This document shows positions 25,970 through 38,500 of a stretch of 64,000 nt of DNA, one piece after another. The stretch's first letter is position 1. Each line of letters starts with the position of its first letter. This DNA comes from Octopus sinensis (lineage: Eukaryota). Location of the stretch: the NCBI RefSeq assembly GCF_006345805.1, contig NC_043000.1, positions 7,874,001 to 7,938,000 on the forward strand, written 5' to 3'. The notes beneath the pieces are model-generated. The model made no database searches. It worked only from the letters and a program-made list of their open reading frames with translations, and was not told the DNA's origin. The position numbers and the translations under genes are program-made.

Positions 25970-26150
25970 ATATATGTATATGTTTGTGTGTCTTTTTTTG
26001 TCCTCCACCATCGCTTGACAACTTATGTTGGTGTGTTTATGTACCTGTAACTTAGCGGTTAGGCAAAAGTGACTGATAGAATAAGTACTAGGCTTACAAA
26101 GAATAAGTTCAGCATGGCTGTGGTCAAATGATGGAAGCAAGTAAAAGAAT
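25970..26150 (+). mobile_element. SINE family A, 3' half
   Basis: TTGTCCTCCACCATCGCTTGACAAC...AGAATAAGTACTAGGCTTACAAAGAATAAG...GCAAGTAAAAGA. Confidence 0.8.
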
Positions 26151-26574
26151 ATATGTATATATATATATATGTATATATGTATTGCTGCTATTATGTAAAA
26201 GTGTTGTAAGTCCAAACCATTGCTTTTTCTGAAAACGAAAACATAGTTTCACCATTCCATTTCTTATTACCTTAGCAACAGTTTCAGCTTAGCAATAATA
26301 CTTTGTTGGGTGCATAAAATCATAACTCCATGCATGTGTGATATTTTCAGTCAGAAATATTTTTGCAAAACTGTTGTATGCGAGACTTAATACACTTTTG
26401 AAAAATGCAAAACCGTTGTACTATACTTTGACAATTTTCATATCTTGGCATCTGAAGCAGCTGGAGATACGATAGTTTGACCAAAAGAAATGGCTATTGC
26501 AAGCAAAATTAAATATTGAAAAACACGTATTTGGCCAAATTTGGACACACGACAGTGTAACATAATAGCAACGA

Positions 26575-27480
26575 TCATCATCATCATCATCATCATTTAA
26601 CGTCCGCTTTCCATGCTAGCATGGGTTGGACGGTTCAACTGGGGTCTGGGGAGCCCGAAAGCTGCACCAGTCCAGTCAGATCTGGCAGTGTTTCTACAGC
26701 TGGATGCCCTTCCTAACGCCAACCACTCCGAGAGTGTAGTGGGTGATTTTATGTGCCACCGACACAGGTGCCAGACGAGGCTGGCAAACGGCCACGCTCG
26801 GATGGTGTTTTTTATGTGCCACCGACACAGGTGCCAGACGAGGCTGGCAGACGGCCACGCTCGGATGGTGTTTTTTATGTGCCACCGACACAGGTGCCAG
26901 ACGAGGCTGGCAGACGGCCACGCTCGGATGGTGTTTTTATGTGCCACCGACACAGGTGCCAGACGAGGCTGGCAGACGGCCACGCTCGGATGGTGTTTTT
27001 ATGTGCCACCGACACAGGTGCCAGATGAGGCTGGCAAACGGCCACGATCGGATGGTGCTTGTTACGTGCCCACAGCACGGAGGCCAGTCGATGCGGTACT
27101 GGCTACGGCCACGTTCGGATGGTTTTCTTATGTGCCACGTGCCACCGGCACTGGTACCACAAAGATACAAATTCCATTGATGTTCATCTATTTTGATTTG
27201 TTTTGATTTTCTTTTGATTTTCACTTGTCTCAACAGGTCTTCACAAGTGTCACAAGAAGGAAGGTATGCACAGGTGGACTGACTACGTCCCAGGTAGGGG
27301 CCATGGGTTATGGCCTGACTAGTCTTGCCGGGTCTTCGGATGGTGTTTTTATGTGCCACCGACACAGGTGCTAGATGAGGCTGGCGAACGGCCATGATCG
27401 GATGGTGTTTGTCATGTGCCCACCGCACTGACTACGGCACTGATGATTTCTTGTGTGCCACAGGCACTGGTACCACAAGA
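26575..27480 (-). mobile_element. RTE LINE 3'UTR-derived modular element with ~5 x 62-63-bp tandem units
   Basis: (CAT)n tail, then tandem ATGTGCCACCGACACAGGTGCCAGACGAGGCTGGCAGACGGCCACGCTCGGATGGTGTTTTTT from ~26747 to 27060, plus GAAGACC..AAG modules. Confidence 0.75.
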
Positions 27481-27497
27481 TACGATATATATATATA

Positions 27498-27769
27498 TAT
27501 TTATATTATATAGAGGACATCAACATGTTATGTTGATTTTGTTCATTCGTTATAAATCTTGAATTATGCTTGCACTGATGATTAAAAAGTGCTCTACTGC
27601 ACTAATTATGAAATCATGCTGATCTGCAGCTAAATTCTGTTTTTAAATGACTTGCTTCGAGAGTTGCATTCGGTAAGATGTGCTTATTTATTTTGGTAGT
27701 TTTGACTTTAAGAGTCCCTCCTAGCATGTGGCATTTATGTATAGTAATGCCCTCTATATAATATAAATA
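27498..27769 (+). mobile_element. 272-bp element with 23-bp terminal inverted repeats and an internal hammerhead
   Basis: TATTTATATTATATAGAGGACAT / ATGCCCTCTATATAATATAAATA (22 of 23 match). Confidence 0.6.
27561..27637 (+). ncRNA. Type I hammerhead ribozyme with intact consensus core
   Basis: GAATT..GC.TGCA-CTGATGA-stem II (TAA/TTA, AGTGC/GCACT)-GAAA-TCA tgc TGA-TC-TGCAGC..AATTC; predicted cleavage after 27624 (AUC). Confidence 0.65.
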
Positions 27770-28209
27770 AATATATTTAAGTGAAAAAAATTGGTGGATT
27801 TTTTTCTCTTATGAGGTTTTTCATGCTAACTACTTGATAAATTCTTATAAAGATTTTATCCTATTTTTAAATTATAAATATACATTTTTTATATATACAC
27901 ACACACATTCATGCATATATATCTTGTGTGTACAGTTAGATGTATGATTGCTACTATTAAGTTTATAGCTCCATGTAGATTATCATCATCCAGTCTGCTC
28001 CTAGTATGGCGGTTTGGTTTGGCTATTGGTTATGAGAGAACAAATGTAAGATAAATTATGATAAACAAAAGTTTATATAATTTCTTCCTGAGTATGTTTC
28101 ATTGTTGTGGTTTCTAGGAACCTCTGCATTGGATGTTCCAAGTACAGTTTGGTACTTAATCACAACAAATCATCAGAGTAACACTGAGATCAAAAACAAA
28201 CATAATACA

Positions 28210-28375
28210 TCATCATCATCAGCATCATTTAATGTCTGTTTTCCATGCTGGTATGGGTCTGACAGGAGATAATAAGGTTGGTGGGTGGGGGCATCAGGCT
28301 CCATTGTCTGTTTTGGAATGGCTTCTATGGCTGGATACCCTTCCTAATGCCAACCACTTTACAGAGTGTACAGGG
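28210..28375 (-). mobile_element. RTE LINE 3'UTR tail abutting the 26-bp satellite
   Basis: (CAT)n-TTTAATGTCTGTTTTCCATGCTGG...GGATACCCTTCCTAATGCCAACCAC runs directly into the first satellite unit. Confidence 0.75.
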
Positions 28376-31300
28376 TGCTTTTATGTGACACCAGCACCAG
28401 TATGTTTTACATGGCACCAGCACTAGTGCTTTTTATGTGGCACCAGCACCAGTGCTTTTTACATGGCACCAGCACCAGTGCTTTTTATGTGGCACCAGCA
28501 CCAGTGCTTTTTATGTGGCACCAGCACCAGTGCTTCTTATATGGCACCAGCACCAGTGCTTTTTATGTGGCACCAGCACCAGTGCTTTTTACATGGCACC
28601 AGCACCAGTGCTTTTTATGTGGCACCAGCACCAGTGCTTTTTATGTGGCACCAGCACCAGTGCTTCTTATATGGCACCAGCACCAGTGCTTTTTATGTGG
28701 CACCAGCACCAGTGCTTTTTACATGGCACCAGCACCAGTGCTTTTTATGTGGCACCAGCACCAGTGCTTTTTATGTGGCACCAGCACCAGTATGTTTTAC
28801 ATGGCACCAGCACCAGTGCTTTTTACATGGCACCAGCACCAGTGCTTCTTATATGGCACCAGCACCAGTGCTTTTTACATGGCACCAGCACCAGTGCTTT
28901 TTACATGGCACCAGCACCAGTGCTTCTTATATGGCACCAGCACCAGTGCTTTTTACATGGCACCAGCACCAGTGCTTCTTATATGGCACCAGCACCAGTG
29001 CTTCTTATATGGCACCAGCACCAGTGCTTTTTACATGGCACCAGCTCCAGTGCTTTTTACATGGCACCAGCACCAGTGCTTTTTACATGGCACCAGCACC
29101 AGTGCTTTTTACATGGCACCAGCACCAGTGCTTCTTATATGGCACCAGCACCAGTGCTTTTTACATGGCACCAGCACCAGTGCTTTTTACATGGCACCAG
29201 CACCAGTGCTTCTTATATGGCACCAGCACCAGTGCTTTTTACATGGCACCAGCACCAGTGCTTCTTATATGGCACCAGCACCAGTGCTTCTTATATGGCA
29301 CCAGCACCAGTGCTTTTTACATGGCACCAGCTCCAGTGCTTTTTACATGGCACCAGCACCAGTGCTTTTTATGTGGCACCATCACCAGTGCTTTTTATAT
29401 GACACCATCACCAGCTTTTTATGTGGCACCATCACCAGTGCTTTTTACATGGCACCAGCACCAGTGCTTTTTATGTGGCACCATCACCAGTGCTTTTTAT
29501 ATGACACCATCACCAGCTTTTTATGTGGCACCATCACCAGTGCTTTTTACATGGCACCAGCACCAGTGCTTCTTATATGGCACCAGCACCAGTGCTTTTT
29601 ATGTGGCACCAGCACCAGTGCTTTTTACATGGCACCAGCACCAGTGCTTTTTACATGGCACCAGCACCAGTGCTTTTTACATGGCACCAGCACCAGTGCT
29701 TCTTATATGGCACCAGCACCAGTGCTTTTGACATGGCACCAGCACCAGTGCTTTTTACATGGCACCAGCACCAGTGCTTTTTACATGGCACCAGCACCAG
29801 TGCTTCTTATATGGCACCAGCACCAGTGCTTTTTACATGGCACCAGCACCAGTGCTTTTTACATGGCACCAGCACCAGTGCTTTTTACATGGCACCAGCA
29901 CCAGTGCTTCTTATATGGCACCAGCACCAGTGCTTTTTACATGGCACCAGCACCAGTGCTTTTTACATGGCACCAGCACCAGTGCTTTTTACATGGCACC
30001 AGCACCAGTGCTTTTTACATGGCACCAGCACCAGTGCTTCTTATATGGCACCAGCACCAGTGCTTCTTATATGGCACCAGCACCAGTGCTTTTTACATGG
30101 CACCAGCTCCAGTGCTTTTTACATGGCACCAGCACCAGTGCTTCTTATATGGCACCAGCACCAGTGCTTTTTACATGGCACCAGCACCAGTGCTTTTTAC
30201 ATGGCACCAGCACCAGTGCTTCTTATATGGCACCAGCACCAGTGCTTTTTACATGGCACCAGCACCAGTGCTTTTTACATGGCACCAGCACCAGTGCTTT
30301 TTACATGGCACCAGCACCAGTGCTTCTTATATGGCACCAGCACCAGTGCTTTTTACATGGCACCAGCACCAGTGCTTTTTACATGGCACCAGCACCAGTG
30401 CTTTTTACATGGCACCAGCACCAGTGCTTCTTATATGGCACCAGCACCAGTGCTTTTGACATGGCACCAGCACCAGTGCTTTTTACATGGCACCAGCACC
30501 AGTGCTTTTTACATGGCACCAGCACCAGTGCTTTTTACATGGCACCAGCACCAGTGCTTCTTATATGGCACCAGCACCAGTGCTTTTTACATGGCACCAG
30601 CACCAGTGCTTTTTACATGGCACCAGCACCAGTGCTTTTTACATGGCACCAGCACCAGTGCTTCTTATATGGCACCAGCACCAGTGCTTTTTACATGGCA
30701 CCAGCACCAGTGCTTTTTACATGGCACCAGCACCAGTGCTTTTTACATGGCACCAGCACCAGTGCTTCTTATATGGCACCAGCACCAGTGCTTCTTATAT
30801 GGCACCAGCACCAGTGCTTTTGACATGGCACCAGCACCAGTGCTTTTTACATGGCACCAGCACCAGTGCTTTTTACATGGCACCAGCACCAGTGCTTCTT
30901 ATATGGCACCAGCACCAGTGCTTTTTACATGGCACCAGCACCAGTGCTTTTTACATGGCACCAGCACCAGTGCTTTTTACATGGCACCAGCACCAGTGCT
31001 TCTTATATGGCACCAGCACCAGTGCTTTTTACATGGCACCAGCACCAGTGCTTTTTACATGGCACCAGCACCAGTGCTTTTTACATGGCACCAGCACCAG
31101 TGCTTCTTATATGGCACCAGCACCAGTGCTTCTTATATGGCACCAGCACCAGTGCTTTTTACATGGCACCAGCACCAGTGCTTTTTACATGGCACCAGCA
31201 CCAGTGCTTTTTACATGGCACCAGCACCAGTGCTTCTTATATGGCACCAGCACCAGTGCTTTTGACATGGCACCAGCACCAGTGCTTTTTACATGGCACC

Positions 31301-34300
31301 AGCACCAGTGCTTTTTACATGGCACCAGCACCAGTGCTTCTTATATGGCACCAGCACCAGTGCTTTTTACATGGCACCAGCACCAGTGCTTTTTACATGG
31401 CACCAGCACCAGTGCTTTTTACATGGCACCAGCACCAGTGCTTCTTATATGGCACCAGCACCAGTGCTTTTTACATGGCACCAGCACCAGTGCTTTTTAC
31501 ATGGCACCAGCACCAGTGCTTTTTACATGGCACCAGCACCAGTGCTTCTTATATGGCACCAGCACCAGTGCTTCTTATATGGCACCAGCACCAGTGCTTT
31601 TTACATGGCACCAGCACCAGTGCTTTTTACATGGCACCAGCACCAGTGCTTTTTACATGGCACCAGCACCAGTGCTTTTTACATGGCACCAGCACCAGTG
31701 CTTCTTATATGGCACCAGCACCAGTGCTTTTTACATGGCACCAGCACCAGTGCTTTTTACATGGCACCAGCACCAGTGCTTTTTACATGGCACCAGCACC
31801 AGTGCTTCTTATATGGCACCAGCACCAGTGCTTCTTATATGGCACCAGCACCAGTGCTTTTTACATGGCACCAGCACCAGTGCTTTTTACATGGCACCAG
31901 CACCAGTGCTTTTTACATGGCACCAGCACCAGTGCTTTTTACATGGCACCAGCACCAGTGCTTTTTACATGGCACCAGCACCAGTGCTTTTTACATGGCA
32001 CCAGCACCAGTGCTTTTTACATGGCACCAGCACCAGTGCTTTTTACATGGCACCAGCACCAGTGCTTCTTATATGGCACCAGCACCAGTGCTTTTTACAT
32101 GGCACCAGCACCAGTGCTTTTTACATGGCACCAGCACCAGTGCTTTTTACATGGCACCAGCACCAGTGCTTTTTACATGGCACCAGCACCAGTGCTTTTT
32201 ACATGGCACCAGCACCAGTGCTTCTTATATGGCACCAGCACCAGTGCTTCTTATATGGCACCAGCACCAGTGCTTTTTACATGGCACCAGCACCAGTGCT
32301 TTTTACATGGCACCAGCACCAGTGCTTTTTACATGGCACCAGCACCAGTGCTTCTTATATGGCACCAGCACCAGTGCTTTTTACATGGCACCAGCACCAG
32401 TGCTTTTTACATGGCACCAGCACCAGTGCTTTTTACATGGCACCAGCACCAGTGCTTTTTACATGGCACCAGCACCAGTGCTTTTTACATGGCACCAGCA
32501 CCAGTGCTTTTTACATGGCACCAGCACCAGTGCTTTTTACATGGCACCAGCACCAGTGCTTTTTACATGGCACCAGCACCAGTGCTTTTTACATGGCACC
32601 AGCACCAGTGCTTCTTATATGGCACCAGCACCAGTGCTTTTTACATGGCACCAGCACCAGTGCTTTTTACATGGCACCAGCACCAGTGCTTTTTACATGG
32701 CACCAGCACCAGTGCTTCTTATATGGCACCAGCACCAGTGCTTCTTATATGGCACCAGCACCAGTGCTTTTTACATGGCACCAGCACCAGTGCTTTTTAC
32801 ATGGCACCAGCACCAGTGCTTTTTACATGGCACCAGCACCAGTGCTTCTTATATGGCACCAGCACCAGTGCTTTTGACATGGCACCAGCACCAGTGCTTT
32901 TTACATGGCACCAGCACCAGTGCTTTTTACATGGCACCAGCACCAGTGCTTCTTATATGGCACCAGCACCAGTGCTTTTTACATGGCACCAGCACCAGTG
33001 CTTTTTACATGGCACCAGCACCAGTGCTTTTTACATGGCACCAGCACCAGTGCTTCTTATATGGCACCAGCACCAGTGCTTTTTACATGGCACCAGCACC
33101 AGTGCTTTTTACATGGCACCAGCACCAGTGCTTTTTACATGGCACCAGCACCAGTGCTTCTTATATGGCACCAGCACCAGTGCTTCTTATATGGCACCAG
33201 CACCAGTGCTTTTTACATGGCACCAGCACCAGTGCTTTTTACATGGCACCAGCACCAGTGCTTTTTACATGGCACCAGCACCAGTGCTTTTTACATGGCA
33301 CCAGCACCAGTGCTTCTTATATGGCACCAGCACCAGTGCTTTTTACATGGCACCAGCACCAGTGCTTTTTACATGGCACCAGCACCAGTGCTTTTTACAT
33401 GGCACCAGCACCAGTGCTTCTTATATGGCACCAGCACCAGTGCTTTTGACATGGCACCAGCACCAGTGCTTTTTACATGGCACCAGCACCAGTGCTTTTT
33501 ACATGGCACCAGCACCAGTGCTTCTTATATGGCACCAGCACCAGTGCTTTTTACATGGCACCAGCACCAGTGCTTTTTACATGGCACCAGCACCAGTGCT
33601 TTTTACATGGCACCAGCACCAGTGCTTCTTATATGGCACCAGCACCAGTGCTTTTTACATGGCACCAGCACCAGTGCTTTTTACATGGCACCAGCACCAG
33701 TGCTTTTTACATGGCACCAGCACCAGTGCTTCTTATATGGCACCAGCACCAGTGCTTCTTATATGGCACCAGCACCAGTGCTTTTTACATGGCACCAGCA
33801 CCAGTGCTTTTTACATGGCACCAGCACCAGTGCTTTTTACATGGCACCAGCACCAGTGCTTCTTATATGGCACCAGCACCAGTGCTTTTGACATGGCACC
33901 AGCACCAGTGCTTTTTACATGGCACCAGCACCAGTGCTTTTTACATGGCACCAGCACCAGTGCTTCTTATATGGCACCAGCACCAGTGCTTTTTACATGG
34001 CACCAGCACCAGTGCTTTTTACATGGCACCAGCACCAGTGCTTTTTACATGGCACCAGCACCAGTGCTTCTTATATGGCACCAGCACCAGTGCTTTTTAC
34101 ATGGCACCAGCACCAGTGCTTTTTACATGGCACCAGCACCAGTGCTTTTTACATGGCACCAGCACCAGTGCTTCTTATATGGCACCAGCACCAGTGCTTC
34201 TTATATGGCACCAGCACCAGTGCTTTTTACATGGCACCAGCACCAGTGCTTTTTACATGGCACCAGCACCAGTGCTTTTTACATGGCACCAGCACCAGTG

Positions 34301-36715
34301 CTTTTTACATGGCACCAGCACCAGTGCTTCTTATATGGCACCAGCACCAGTGCTTTTTACATGGCACCAGCACCAGTGCTTTTTACATGGCACCAGCACC
34401 AGTGCTTTTTACATGGCACCAGCACCAGTGCTTTTTACATGGCACCAGCACCAGTGCTTCTTATATGGCACCAGCACCAGTGCTTTTTACATGGCACCAG
34501 CACCAGTGCTTTTTACATGGCACCAGCACCAGTGCTTTTTACATGGCACCAGCACCAGTGCTTCTTATATGGCACCAGCACCAGTGCTTTTTACATGGCA
34601 CCAGCACCAGTGCTTTTTACATGGCACCAGCACCAGTGCTTCTTATATGGCACCAGCACCAGTGCTTTTTACATGGCACCAGCACCAGTGCTTTTTACAT
34701 GGCACCAGCACCAGTGCTTCTTATATGGCACCAGCACCAGTGCTTCTTATATGGCACCAGCACCAGTGCTTTTTACATGGCACCAGCACCAGTGCTTTTT
34801 ACATGGCACCAGCACCAGTGCTTCTTATATGGCACCAGCACCAGTGCTTCTTATATGGCACCAGCACCAGTGCTTTTACATGGCACCAGCACCAGTGCTT
34901 TTTACATGGCACCAGCACCAGTGCTTCTTATATGGCACCAGCACCAGTGCTTTTTACATGGCACCAGCACCAGTGCTTTTTACATGGCACCAGCACCAGT
35001 GCTTCTTATATGGCACCAGCACCAGTGCTTTTTACATGGCACCAGCACCAGTGCTTTTTACATGGCACCAGCACCAGTGCTTCTTATATGGCACCAGCAC
35101 CAGTGCTTTTTACATGGCACCAGCACCAGTGCTTTTTACATGGCACCAGCACCAGTGCTTCTTATATGGCACCAGCACCAGTGCTTTTTACATGGCACCA
35201 GCACCAGTGCTTTTTACATGGCACCAGCACCAGTGCTTCTTATATGGCACCAGCACCAGTGCTTTTTACATGGCACCAGCACCAGTGCTTTTTATGTGGC
35301 ACCAGCACCAGTGCTTCTTATATGGCACCAGCACCAGTGCTTTTTACATGGCACCAGCACCAGTGCTTCTTATATGGCACCAGCACCAGTGCTTTTTACA
35401 TGGCACCAGCACCAGTGCTTCTTATATGGCACCAGCACCAGTGCTTTTTACATGGCACCAGCACCAGTGCTTTTTATGTGGCACCAGCACCAGTGCTTTT
35501 TACATGGCACCAGCACCAGTGCTTCTTATATGGCACCAGCACCAGTGCTTTTTACATGGCACCAGCACCAGTGCTTCTTATATGGCACCAGCACCAGTGC
35601 TTTTTACATGGCACCAGCACCAGTGCTTTTTACATGGCACCAGCACCAGTGCTTTTTACATGGCACCAGCACCAGTGCTTCTTATATGGCACCAGCACCA
35701 GTGCTTTTTACATGGCACCAGCACCAGTGCTTTTTATGTGGCACCAGCACCAGTGCTTCTTATATGGCACCAGCACCAGTGCTTTTTACATGGCACCAGC
35801 ACCAGTGCTTTTTACATGGCACCAGCACCAGTGCTTTTTACATGGCACCAGCACCAGTGCTTTTTACATGGCACCAGCACCAGTGCTTTTTACATGGCAC
35901 CAGCACCAGTGCTTCTTATATGGCACCAGCACCAGTGCTTTTTACATGGCACCAGCACCAGTGCTTTTTATGTGGCACCAGCACCAGTGCTTCTTATATG
36001 GCACCAGCACCAGTGCTTTTTATGTGGCACCAGCACCAGTGCTTTTTACATGGCACCAGCACCAGTGCTTTTTACATGGCACCAGCACCAGTGCTTCTTA
36101 TATGGCACCAGCACCAGTGCTTTTTATGTGGCACCAGCACCAGTGCTTTTTACATGGCACCAGCACCAGTGCTTCTTATATGGCACCAGCACCAGTGCTT
36201 TTTACATGGCACCAGCACCAGTGCTTCTTATATGGCACCAGCACCAGTGCTTTTTACATGGCACCAGCACCAGTGCTTCTTATATGGCACCAGCACCAGT
36301 GCTTTTTACATGGCACCAGCACCAGTGCTTTTTATGTGGCACCAGCACCAGTGCTTCTTATATGGCACCAGCACCAGTGCTTTTTACATGGCACCAGCAC
36401 CAGTGCTTCTTATATGGCACCAGCACCAGTGCTTTTTACATGGCACCAGCACCAGTGCTTTTTATGTGGCACCAGCACCAGTGCTTCTTATATGGCACCA
36501 GCACCAGTGCTTTTTATGTGGCACCAGCACCAGTGCTTTTTACATGGCACCAGCACCAGTGCTTTTTACATGGCACCAGCACCAGTGCTTCTTATATGGC
36601 ACCAGCACCAGTGCTTTTTATGTGGCACCAGCACCAGTATGTTTTACATGGCACCAGCACTAGTGCTTTTTACATAGCACCAGCACTAGTGCTTTTTACA
36701 TAGCACCAGTACTGG
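28375..36715. repeat. 26-bp satellite (TTTTTACATGGCACCAGCACCAGTGC), about 320 units
   Basis: Read directly; four main unit variants differing in the T-tract/ACAT segment. Confidence 0.98.
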
Positions 36716-37814
36716 TATCAATTCTACTATGGTGTATAGGTTTTCTTGAATACAGCAAAGCACCAGATATTTTGGGCCTTTGTCCATTTCCTTTGTAAGG
36801 CTCAGTGTCTTGACATTGGCCAGGAATACAAGCCAATGAAACTCTCACAAAATTTTCAATAAAACTATTTTTCAATTCAGTGAAAAAACTCTGCATAAAA
36901 TCTTCTTAGATGTAGATAAAATGATTGACTGAGAACTTGTTATATTCTCCACTAACACGACACTGATAACAATACAATACCAAACCTTCAACAGATTTAT
37001 GAATATTCTGTTGTCAACTGTAAATCTCAATTTGTATTTCACAGCAATTATCTCCATATTCTCTCTATGTGATTAAGAAAAAAAAAAAAAAATTTGTGAG
37101 TTTTAAAAGCAATTTTATGATTTCTATAACAACCAGGAAATTGTTTCCATACGAAATCTTTCCTGTCTTGTCTTTTTGAAAATCATTTAAACTAGTAAAA
37201 ATTTTTAGTTACTGAAAAGTAAATCAATTATTAGACAGTTTCCTAGCTATGCTAACAAATTTAACACAGACTTCCTACATATTTTTCTGATTGAAAATAA
37301 AACAAATAAATAGTAATCTCTTTGTCATAATACCTTCCAGAATTTTCATTTAATCTCCTCTATGTGTTTCACTTTTACGTTTGTATGACAACTAAGAGAA
37401 AAGGAAGGAAACTTTCATGCATTGCACATCCTGCTGGTTCTTTCAATTCACAAAAATAGCAAAATCCCTTCATCCACTATGTTTTTTTTCCACGACCATT
37501 CTTTTAATAGCTTTCTCACCATAAAAAACAAACAAAACAAAAATACAACAAAAACAAGAAGTATAAAAACAAAGAAAACAAAAAGTAAAACCAGCAAACA
37601 AAACCCAAAAGCAAAAGCACCAGGTTCGTGTTTCACCTTCATCTCTGTACTGTTCTCATTAAACAAAACATCTCTCAAGTTCTCCTCTACTTCACAATCA
37701 TGTACACAGTTGTGTTATGAGAAAATTCCTTTGGTTGTTCCAATAGTGACTCTTCTGTTACTCTCAAGTCATGTTCTCCAGAGAAATCTGGATGCTATCC
37801 TCTCCAAACTTCCC

Positions 37815-38210
37815 AATGTTAGCATGCTGGGCGAAATGCTTAGCAGTATTTCGTCTGCCGCTACATTCTGAGTTCAAATTCTGCCGAGGTCGACTTTGCC
37901 TTTCATCCTTTCAGGGTCGATTAAATAAGTACCAGTTATGCACTGGGGTCTATATAATCGACTAATCCGTTTGTCTGTCCTTGTTTGTGCCCTCTGTGTG
38001 TAGCTTGTTATGGGCAGTAAAGAAATAGGTATTTCGTCTGTCTTTATGTTCTGAGTTCAAATTCTGCCAAGGTTGCTTTTGCCTTTCATCCTTTCGGGGT
38101 CAATTAAATAAGTACCAGTTACACACTGGGGTTGATATAATTAACTTAATCCATTTGTCTGTCCTTGTTTATCCCTTCTGTGTGTAGCCCCTTGTGGGCA
38201 GTAAAGGAAT
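37815..38210 (+). mobile_element. SINE family B, dimeric body
   Basis: Two consecutive GTATTTCGTCTG...TTCTGAGTTCAAATTC...GTAAAG(A/G)AAT units. Confidence 0.8.
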
Positions 38211-38224
38211 ATGAAATTCAAACA

Positions 38225-38500
38225 CCATTGAATCACCAACAGATGTTTCTGCACTTTGCATCTTCTGTCACTACCACAACAGCATTTACTCTTCTGAACT
38301 AACTCACTAACTGTACCCAGATCCTCCTATTTTATCCCTTTCTCTTTCTAACAACCCCACTGCCTCTTCTTCCCTCCATATTCTACATCCACCTCCTCAA
38401 ACATCAACATTATAAAATATATGATCCGCCTACATTTTTCTTGCACATATTGATCTACAGAGGTTCAAACTAAATATCAACTGAATCTGGAGGGCTTTCT
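38225..38500 (+). mobile_element. CR1/L2-type LINE 3' remnant
   Basis: Decayed VSALCIF..Y...SSEL pattern. Confidence 0.45.

Noticed and set aside
25970-26215. N-terminal 80 aa of the 517-aa ORF
   Set aside because: Read-through across a SINE half and (TA)n; Penelope homology starts only at ~25969.
24312-27060. CRISPR-like or repetitive-protein reading of the 63-bp arrays
   Set aside because: The units are contiguous with no unique spacers, there are no cas genes, and they lie inside LINE 3'UTR copies in a eukaryotic context.
28366-36703. Very long His/Gln-rich ORFs (MAPAPVLFTWHQHQCF..., up to 1950 aa)
   Set aside because: All three + frames give the same 26-aa cycle because the main 26-bp unit variants lack + strand stops; stops come from the TTTTGACAT variant. 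There is no unique N- or C-terminal domain.
36696-37057. Hydrophobic minus-strand ORFs suggesting a membrane receptor
   Set aside because: I/L/F richness is expected from AT-rich non-coding DNA, and no motif or splice evidence was found.
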